Assembly: GCA_018242725.1 (NCBI GenBank)
Contig: JAFEBI010000006.1
Location: 11,888-75,887 of the forward strand
Direction: 5' to 3'
DNA: 64,000 bases
From: Nitrospira sp.
Lineage (GTDB): Bacteria; Nitrospirota; Nitrospiria; Nitrospirales; Nitrospiraceae
Below, one piece after another: positions 57,977 through 64,000 of this stretch. Numbering within the stretch: position 1 is the stretch's first letter; each line of letters starts with the position of its first letter. Position numbers and translations under genes: made by a program. The notes beneath the pieces are model-generated. The model worked only from the letters and a program-made list of their open reading frames with translations. It ran no database searches and had not been told where the DNA came from.

Positions 57977-59065
57977 ATGACATGGTTGAACCCCGGACAG
58001 CCGGTTCGGACGGAGCTCGGGTGGGCCTCATGGTTCTATGGTCTCGTCATCCGGCTTGGTCTCTGGTGCTATCGTCAGGAATGGTGTGTGTCGACACGGT
58101 TACCCTGCCCGGTGATCAGCGTGGGGAATCTGACGGTCGGAGGAACAGGCAAGACGCCGATGGTCATTCTCCTGACGGAGTGGTTGCAGGCGAAGGGGCG
58201 GCACGTTGCGGTATTAAGTCGAGGATACAAACGGACGAGCACAGCCCCGCATCTTCTCGTCTCTGACGGATCGCGCGTGCTGGTCGGTCCCTCGGAAGCC
58301 GGTGATGAACCCTTCCTCATCGCGCAACGTTGTCCGCAGGCGATTGTGGCTGTGGGGGGCGATCGGGTTGCACTTGGTCGATGGGTGTTGGGCCAGTATC
58401 CGGTCGACTGCATCATCCTCGATGATGGTTTCCAGCATCGCGCGCTTCATCGGGATATTGATGTTGTGTTGCTGGATGCCACCGACGCGATGGGTCTCGA
58501 TGCGTTGCTTCCCGCCGGAAGATTGCGGGAACCGCTGAGCGAGGTGAAGCGTGCCAGCGCAGTCGTGATGACGCGGGCCGATTCTCGATCGGATGTCGAG
58601 GCGGTGTGCAGCCGGTTGCATGCGGTTGGCTACCCAGTGCAGGACGTGATTGAAGTGGTGTTTACTCCGGAGTGTGTCGTGGCCGTGGGGACGCATATGC
58701 GACGGTCTCCTGAGTGGGGTCAGGGGAAAAAGGCATGGTTGGTGAGCGGTATTGGCAACAGTCGGTCGTTCCATCGGTCGGCGCAGTCTATAGGGATTGA
58801 GGTTGTCGGGGAGACCGCGTTTGAGGATCATCATAGCTACGACTATCATGATGTTCAGAAAATCCGTATCGACGCGAAGACTAAATGGGTTGATATCATC
58901 CTGACGACCGAAAAAGACGCGGGAAAGCTATCTTCCTTCCTGACGTCAGATGATTCATGGTGGGCGCTTCGCCTTCAGGCGAATGTCGTTCGTGGAGAAG
59001 AGTCGCTCCGGCGATTGATCGAGACACCATCATCGGATCGTGTGACATCGGAGGCTCGTGCGTAA
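57977..59065 (+). CDS. lpxK: Tetraacyldisaccharide 4'-kinase LpxK
   Basis: P-loop VISVGNLTVGGTGKTP, GDEP, ILDDGFQH motifs. Confidence 0.95.
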   Translation: MTWLNPGQPVRTELGWASWFYGLVIRLGLWCYRQEWCVSTRLPCPVISVGNLTVGGTGKTPMVILLTEWLQAKGRHVAVLSRGYKRTSTAPHLLVSDGSRVLVGPSEAGDEPFLIAQRCPQAIVAVGGDRVALGRWVLGQYPVDCIILDDGFQHRALHRDIDVVLLDATDAMGLDALLPAGRLREPLSEVKRASAVVMTRADSRSDVEAVCSRLHAVGYPVQDVIEVVFTPECVVAVGTHMRRSPEWGQGKKAWLVSGIGNSRSFHRSAQSIGIEVVGETAFEDHHSYDYHDVQKIRIDAKTKWVDIILTTEKDAGKLSSFLTSDDSWWALRLQANVVRGEESLRRLIETPSSDRVTSEARA

Positions 59066-60782
59066 GGAGTTTCCACAGAAAATCCTGCTACGGGCACCGA
59101 ATTGGATCGGTGATGCCGTGATGTGTGAACCTGCGCTTCGAGGTCTCAGGTTGCTCTTTCCGGATGCGGATATCACGATGTTGGCCAAACCAGTCGTGGC
59201 CGAGTTGCTCAGTGCTGCTCCCGAGCTGAATCGGATGTTAGTCTACGAGGACAAGGGCGCTCATGCCGGGATCACAGGGAAGTGGACGCTTGCTGGTCTT
59301 TTGCGGGGATATGGTTTCGATCTTGCTGTGTTGTTTCAGAACGCCTTTGAGGCTGCATTTCTTGCGTGGCTTGCCGGTATCCCGCAACGGTATGGTTATG
59401 CAACTGATGGACGAGTGTTCTTTCTTACCAAGCCTGTTGCTGTGCCTGCACGTCGCCAATTGGTCCATCAAGTCGAGTACTACTGGAATTTGCTGAAGCC
59501 TTTGGGTCTGTCCGGCAGCGCTCCCCTCCCGACACTGTGTGTGACTGCGGAAGAGAATCACGCGTTGGATGCGAGACTCGCTGCCCTCGGTAGCGATTCG
59601 TCGGATATCGTGATCGGTATCAATCCGGGGTCGACCTACGGCAACGCGAAGCGATGGTTGCCTGAGCGGTTTGCCGAAGTCGCGCACAGACTTGCGGAAC
59701 AGGTAGGCCGTGATGCGGGTAGGCGGGTGGTCGTGGCAATTTTGGGGGCGAAGGGTGAGGAGACCTTGGCCAAGGATATCGCATCTCGGATCGACGGACC
59801 ATCGGTGGTGTTATCCGGTTCAACGACCATTCGCGAATTGATGACAGTAGTGAAGCGATGTCGCATCCTCATCACCAATGATACAGGGCCGATGCATGTG
59901 GCGGCTGCGTGCGGGGTACCGGTCGTTGCGGTGTTTGGTCCCACAGATTCACGTACGACGGCTCCCTATGGTCAGGAGCAGTCGGTTGTTCGAGAGGTGG
60001 TTGATTGCGCTCCTTGCCTGCTTCGAGAATGCCCGATCGATCACCGGTGTATGACCCGCATCTCCGTTGACCGGGTGTATGGGGTGGCGGTGCAACAAAT
60101 CGGGAGTTCATTGGGTTTGTCTGGTGCGAAGGTGCAGGACACCAACAAAGTGAACGAGAGAAACCACACGGACCAAATAAACCAAACAGACCAACCAAAC
60201 ATTCTTTCAGGCTACACCATTTTTCTTGATCGTGATGGCACGCTCAATTCGGACCCTGGGTACATCAAATCCCCCGACCAGTTTGAATTGTTTCCTGGAG
60301 TGGTGGAGGCGCTTGGACGCTTGAAACTGGCTGGTGCCCGATTGATCCTTGTGACGAATCAATCGGGTATTGCGCGAGGACTCCTCTCTCGTCACAATCT
60401 TGATGCCATCCATAGGAAGCTCGCGCATTTGCTTGGTCAAGCAGGCACGACGCTGGACGGTATCTACTTCTGTCCCCATCATCCGGACGATGGATGTGGG
60501 TGTCGAAAGCCGAACCCTGGAATGATTAATCAGGCGGTTCGAGAATTAGGGGTGGATTTGGAGCGGTCGTATGTGATCGGCGATCACCTTCGTGATGTTG
60601 AATTAGCCAAACGGGTGGGAGCCCGAAGTGTTCTAGTGACCACTGGGGTGACTCGTCTGCAAGACCTGGAAGGTTTGACGGGGGCTGATCTGATCCCGGA
60701 TGGGGTTGCAGCTTCCCTTGCCGAGGCTGTGAACTGGTTGTTGTCTGACGTGAACCAGGGCACTTTATCACGGCATCAGTAG
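59058..60782 (+). CDS. Fusion protein: GT9 heptosyltransferase (WaaF-like) + D,D-heptose 1,7-bisphosphate phosphatase (GmhB, HAD)
   Basis: N-terminal: ILLRAPNWIGDAVM.., GINPGS.YG.AKRW, TNDTGPMH.AAA.G.P.VA.FGPT. Linker rich in N/Q/T/D (60120-60209). C-terminal: FLDRDGTLN, VTNQSGI, CPHHPDDGC.CRKP, IGD HAD/GmhB motifs. Confidence 0.85.
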   Translation: MRKEFPQKILLRAPNWIGDAVMCEPALRGLRLLFPDADITMLAKPVVAELLSAAPELNRMLVYEDKGAHAGITGKWTLAGLLRGYGFDLAVLFQNAFEAAFLAWLAGIPQRYGYATDGRVFFLTKPVAVPARRQLVHQVEYYWNLLKPLGLSGSAPLPTLCVTAEENHALDARLAALGSDSSDIVIGINPGSTYGNAKRWLPERFAEVAHRLAEQVGRDAGRRVVVAILGAKGEETLAKDIASRIDGPSVVLSGSTTIRELMTVVKRCRILITNDTGPMHVAAACGVPVVAVFGPTDSRTTAPYGQEQSVVREVVDCAPCLLRECPIDHRCMTRISVDRVYGVAVQQIGSSLGLSGAKVQDTNKVNERNHTDQINQTDQPNILSGYTIFLDRDGTLNSDPGYIKSPDQFELFPGVVEALGRLKLAGARLILVTNQSGIARGLLSRHNLDAIHRKLAHLLGQAGTTLDGIYFCPHHPDDGCGCRKPNPGMINQAVRELGVDLERSYVIGDHLRDVELAKRVGARSVLVTTGVTRLQDLEGLTGADLIPDGVAASLAEAVNWLLSDVNQGTLSRHQ

Positions 60783-60906
60783 TACAGGTCCGGTCGAGCA
60801 AATGATCCGCGAAATGTACGAGACGCCGGACGAGGCTGGACTTGTGTTGGATACGCAGCGAGAGTAAGTTGTCTGGGACTGGGGACATTGGTCGACTCGG
60901 GGAGAA

Positions 60907-61914
60907 ATGGTGACGGCAGTGAACCAGGATGCGAAGGATTGTTCCATCCCTTGTAACCTCTGTGGTGGGACCGAGGTTTCGACTCTTTCCAGTAGAAGTC
61001 GAAGCGGGAATCCGCTGAGGACCGTCATCTGCCGAGCCTGTGGGCTCGTATGGTCAGATCCGCGCCCACATGATGCCAGGCAATTTTATGAAGAACTGTA
61101 TCGCCTTACCTATAAGAATACCTACAGTCCGAAACCCAAGCATGTGTTGCGTGCGGGCACGGTTGCTCTGTCACGGTTTGGAAAGATTGCGCCGTTGTTG
61201 TCGAGTCGGAAGACGGTGCTTGATGTCGGGACCGGGGGCGGAGAATTCGCCTATTTGCTCCAATCGTTGGGTTATGTTGTAAACGGGATTGAGCCGAATC
61301 GAGGGTATGCTGACTATTCGATCCAACAATATGGGCTGACGGTCCAAGTTGGATTCGTACAAGACGCGACGTTTGCTCCGGCCTCGTTCGATATCGTGAC
61401 GATTTGGCATGTCCTTGAGCATACGGAAGACCCCGGTTTCATCCTGGCTCGTCTCCGTTCTTGGTTAAAACCTGACGGAATCCTTGTCGTAGAAGTGCCG
61501 AATGTGGAGGCAACCTGTCAGGCGCCACGTAGTACGTTCCACGAAGCCCATCTCTACAATTTCAATGTCGTGTCCTTGCGCCGGCTGGCCAAAAAGCAGG
61601 GGTTGTATGAAACCTCCCATCTCATCTCCCAGGATGGTGGGAACATCACGATGTTTTTCACCCCAAAGGAGCCCCTGATCGCCGATCCTTTCTCCGCAGT
61701 GATTCCGGGAAACTATGAGTGGATCTCAAGAATCGTCCACCAACACACGACTCTGCGGCATCATCTTAGCCCCGCTCCGTATGTGCGTGCCTGGCAACGT
61801 CTCTGTCGATTGTTCAAAGAACGACACGAAACGGCAGCTCTGGGTAGCGGCAAGGCAATTCTCGATGGACTCTATGCCCCTCATGTGCGGATCCATTCCC
61901 TCGCATGTGCATGA
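60907..61914 (+). CDS. Class I SAM-dependent methyltransferase with N-terminal Cys4 zinc-ribbon
   Basis: CNLCGG...CRACG ribbon. SAM motif I VLDVGTGGGEF. Motif post-I/II (FDIVTIWHVLEH). Confidence 0.8.
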   Translation: MVTAVNQDAKDCSIPCNLCGGTEVSTLSSRSRSGNPLRTVICRACGLVWSDPRPHDARQFYEELYRLTYKNTYSPKPKHVLRAGTVALSRFGKIAPLLSSRKTVLDVGTGGGEFAYLLQSLGYVVNGIEPNRGYADYSIQQYGLTVQVGFVQDATFAPASFDIVTIWHVLEHTEDPGFILARLRSWLKPDGILVVEVPNVEATCQAPRSTFHEAHLYNFNVVSLRRLAKKQGLYETSHLISQDGGNITMFFTPKEPLIADPFSAVIPGNYEWISRIVHQHTTLRHHLSPAPYVRAWQRLCRLFKERHETAALGSGKAILDGLYAPHVRIHSLACA

Positions 61915-61967
61915 AGAGAGATGGTTTAGGCACGGATGTGGGACCTGCAGCTTGATTCAATGTTCCG

Positions 61968-63077
61968 ATGCTGCCACAGCTGCATAGGCAGGAAGGTTGT
62001 TTGGTGTCACCTGTCACATCTTGCGATGCCACTTCATCCGTACTATGGGATACCGCCCGTATTCTTCTGATCAAGCCGAGTTCACTGGGGGACATCGTCC
62101 ATACGTTTCCGGTGGTGTCAGCGATCAAGGCGGAGTGGCCCGGTGTGCACGTGACATGGGTGGTGAAGCGTCAATGGGCTGAGTTTGTCGAGCGAGCGGA
62201 GGGGGTGGATCGCGTCTGGCCTATCGACATGACGGTGAACAGTTGGGTCAGAGAAGGGTTGGCGCTCAGAGCGGAGCGGTTTGACTTTGCGCTCGATTTG
62301 CAAGGGCTGTTTCGAAGCGGTGTCTTGGCATGGTTCAGTGGTGCACCGATACGAGTTGGGTTTGCGAACGCACGAGAAGGAAGTTCCTGGTTCTATACCA
62401 ACCCTGTTCCTGTCGCACACCCCAATATTCATGCGGTCGATCGATATCTCTCTCTGGTGGGTGCCTTGGGGGGGAAGTTCCCTGAGAAACCTCAGTTTCA
62501 GTTCAAGTTTATGAAAGAGGACGTCGCGACTGTTCGAGCAATCTGTCAACGTCAAGGTTTCGCAGTTGATCGGCCATGGATTGCGATGAATATGGGGGCG
62601 CGGTGGGCGACGAAACGGTGGCCGCTGAAGGCGTTTGCTGCGGTCCTGGATCAACTGCATGCCTCGCAGGTTGGGCCGGTCGTGATCATTGGAAATTCAG
62701 ACGAACGTCGTTATACGAGTCAGCTCAGGGTTCTGACCTCGAGTCCATTCATCGATTTGTGTGGGGAGATTTCGTTGAGACATTTGCCGGCACTGCTTTC
62801 AACAGCATCCACCATGGTGACAAACGATTCTGGGCCGATGCATATTGCGGCGGCACTGCAAGTTCCTGTGGTTGCGATGTTTGGACCGACCAGTGCGACT
62901 CGGACCGGACCGTATGGCAATGGTCATCGCGTGTTGACCGGTCAGGTCCCATGCAGCCCCTGTTTCAGTCGTGTCTGTCGACATGTTCCTGAATTGGAAT
63001 GTCTTCACCTCATTACGCCGACCCAGGTGGTTGATGCCATTCGTCCAAGGTTGACGGCTCACGCGTCATGTCAATGA
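61968..63077 (+). CDS. Glycosyltransferase family 9 (heptosyltransferase, WaaC-like)
   Basis: ILLIKPSSLGDIVH, RW....F, TNDSGPMHIAAAL.VPVVAMFGPT motifs. True start may lie downstream of 61968. Confidence 0.85.
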   Translation: MLPQLHRQEGCLVSPVTSCDATSSVLWDTARILLIKPSSLGDIVHTFPVVSAIKAEWPGVHVTWVVKRQWAEFVERAEGVDRVWPIDMTVNSWVREGLALRAERFDFALDLQGLFRSGVLAWFSGAPIRVGFANAREGSSWFYTNPVPVAHPNIHAVDRYLSLVGALGGKFPEKPQFQFKFMKEDVATVRAICQRQGFAVDRPWIAMNMGARWATKRWPLKAFAAVLDQLHASQVGPVVIIGNSDERRYTSQLRVLTSSPFIDLCGEISLRHLPALLSTASTMVTNDSGPMHIAAALQVPVVAMFGPTSATRTGPYGNGHRVLTGQVPCSPCFSRVCRHVPELECLHLITPTQVVDAIRPRLTAHASCQ

Positions 63078-64000
63078 ATGTCTTGATCGTTCGTCCTGAC
63101 GGTATCGGCGATGTGCTCCTCTCACTTCCCGTGGCGACCCAACTCCGGCAACTCGTGCCGGGCGTCAGAGTCGAGTTCTTAACCAGTCCTGCCGTGGCCC
63201 CGTTGCTTGAACAGCATCCTGACGTGGATGCTGTCCGCATGATTCGTTTGACTGATCCTATAACGGAACTGCGCCGTACTTTCTCGGCGGGAATCGAGGC
63301 GGTAGTCTTTCTCAAACCGTTTCGTCGGTTGATGTGGGCCGCCTGGCTCGCGCGGGTGCCGATTCGAATTGCGACGGGCTATCGTTGGTATAGCGTCTTG
63401 TCGAATAGACGGATCTATCAACATCGCAGTGAGTTTTCCAAACATGAATCAGAGTACAACGTCGAGATGTTGAGAGGCCTGGGGTTGATTCCCCGACAGG
63501 TTCAACCTCCAACGCTATTCATGACGGAACCCGAGCGAACTATCGGGGCATCAGGGTGGGCGAGTCTGCCAAGCCCACGAATCGTGGTTCATCCGGGTGG
63601 CTTCTCTGCACGCCGATGGCGACCGGAGTATTACCGGGATCTGGCTGTTGAGTTGGCGCAAGCCGGTTATGGTGTGATCTTGACCGGCAGCGAGTCAGAA
63701 AAAAAACAGTTTGAATCCAATGCCCTGACGACTACGCAAACCCCAACCCAGATCAAGAATTGCATGGGGCAACTGTCGCTCCGCCAACTCATGGCCGTGA
63801 TTGCTCATGCCCATGTTGTTGTTTCAGGGGCCACAGGACCAGCGCACATGGCGGCGGCGCTGGGAATCCCCACCGTCAGTCTGTTTGATCCTCGCCGAAA
63901 CAATCTGCCGGTGAGATGGAAGCCCCTTGGAAGGGGAGTTGTGCTACGCCCGGATGTTCCTACCTGTAACAAATGTATCGGTGAAGCCTGCTCATACTGG
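63074..64000 (+). CDS. Glycosyltransferase family 9 (heptosyltransferase), 3'-truncated by the window end
   Basis: Own translation from the ATG at 63074 (ATGA overlap with the previous stop): MNVLIVRPDGIGDVLLSLPV..., later ..GATGPAHMAAALGIPTVSLF. Open to the window end, so absent from the ORF track. Confidence 0.8.
   Translation, partial: MNVLIVRPDGIGDVLLSLPVATQLRQLVPGVRVEFLTSPAVAPLLEQHPDVDAVRMIRLTDPITELRRTFSAGIEAVVFLKPFRRLMWAAWLARVPIRIATGYRWYSVLSNRRIYQHRSEFSKHESEYNVEMLRGLGLIPRQVQPPTLFMTEPERTIGASGWASLPSPRIVVHPGGFSARRWRPEYYRDLAVELAQAGYGVILTGSESEKKQFESNALTTTQTPTQIKNCMGQLSLRQLMAVIAHAHVVVSGATGPAHMAAALGIPTVSLFDPRRNNLPVRWKPLGRGVVLRPDVPTCNKCIGEACSYW

Noticed and set aside
1-64000. CRISPR arrays, rRNA or other tandem repeat arrays.
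   Set aside because: No regularly spaced direct repeats or rRNA-like segments were seen. The only repeats are the dispersed palindromic elements reported above.

Overview
This 64-kb window comes from a Gram-negative, moderately GC-rich bacterium. The gene content (BamA/Skp/LPS envelope genes, a complete Mpa-Dop-PrcB-PrcA-PafA proteasome locus, PEP-CTERM proteins) fits a Nitrospirota-like organism; that placement is inference only. Most of the window is conserved core in long co-directional operons, several with ATGA/GTGA start-stop overlaps:
- uvrB
- ffh-rpsP-rimM-trmD-rplS-rnhB-yraN
- ftsE-ftsX-envC-like-ctp
- thiS-thiG-thiE
- arc/mpa-dop-prcB-prcA-pafA-M23 peptidase
- thiL-lon-galU on the minus strand
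- bamA-skp-skp-fabZ-lpxA-lpxI-oxidoreductase-lpxB-msbA-DUF374-waaA-lpxK-waaF::gmhB-methyltransferase-GT9-GT9

An accessory segment lies between about 30.1 and 38.9 kb. Its low-GC core (about 30.5-35.4 kb) encodes two PEP-CTERM proteins, one with a cohesin-like module. These are followed by an 878-aa secreted protein with a papain-like Cys-His-Asp domain and a C-terminal dockerin-like module. I propose this as an exosortase-linked cohesin-dockerin surface-display system carrying a peptidase cargo, and it is the strongest candidate for an undescribed system here.

Other notable points:
- The dop-prcB spacer, where pup/UBact normally sits, has no recognisable modifier gene. It carries a copy of a ~123-bp palindromic repeat that also sits between thiG and thiE.
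- A class-II Fic gene is bracketed by two diverged copies of a small ORF.
- A 189-bp imperfect palindrome lies at 37.3 kb.
- The DUF374 gene of the lipid A cluster is frameshifted in an A9 tract.
- There is a WaaF-GmhB fusion.

No rRNA, tRNA, CRISPR array, transposase or integrase was recognised. All calls come from reading the sequence and ORF translations; no database search was run.
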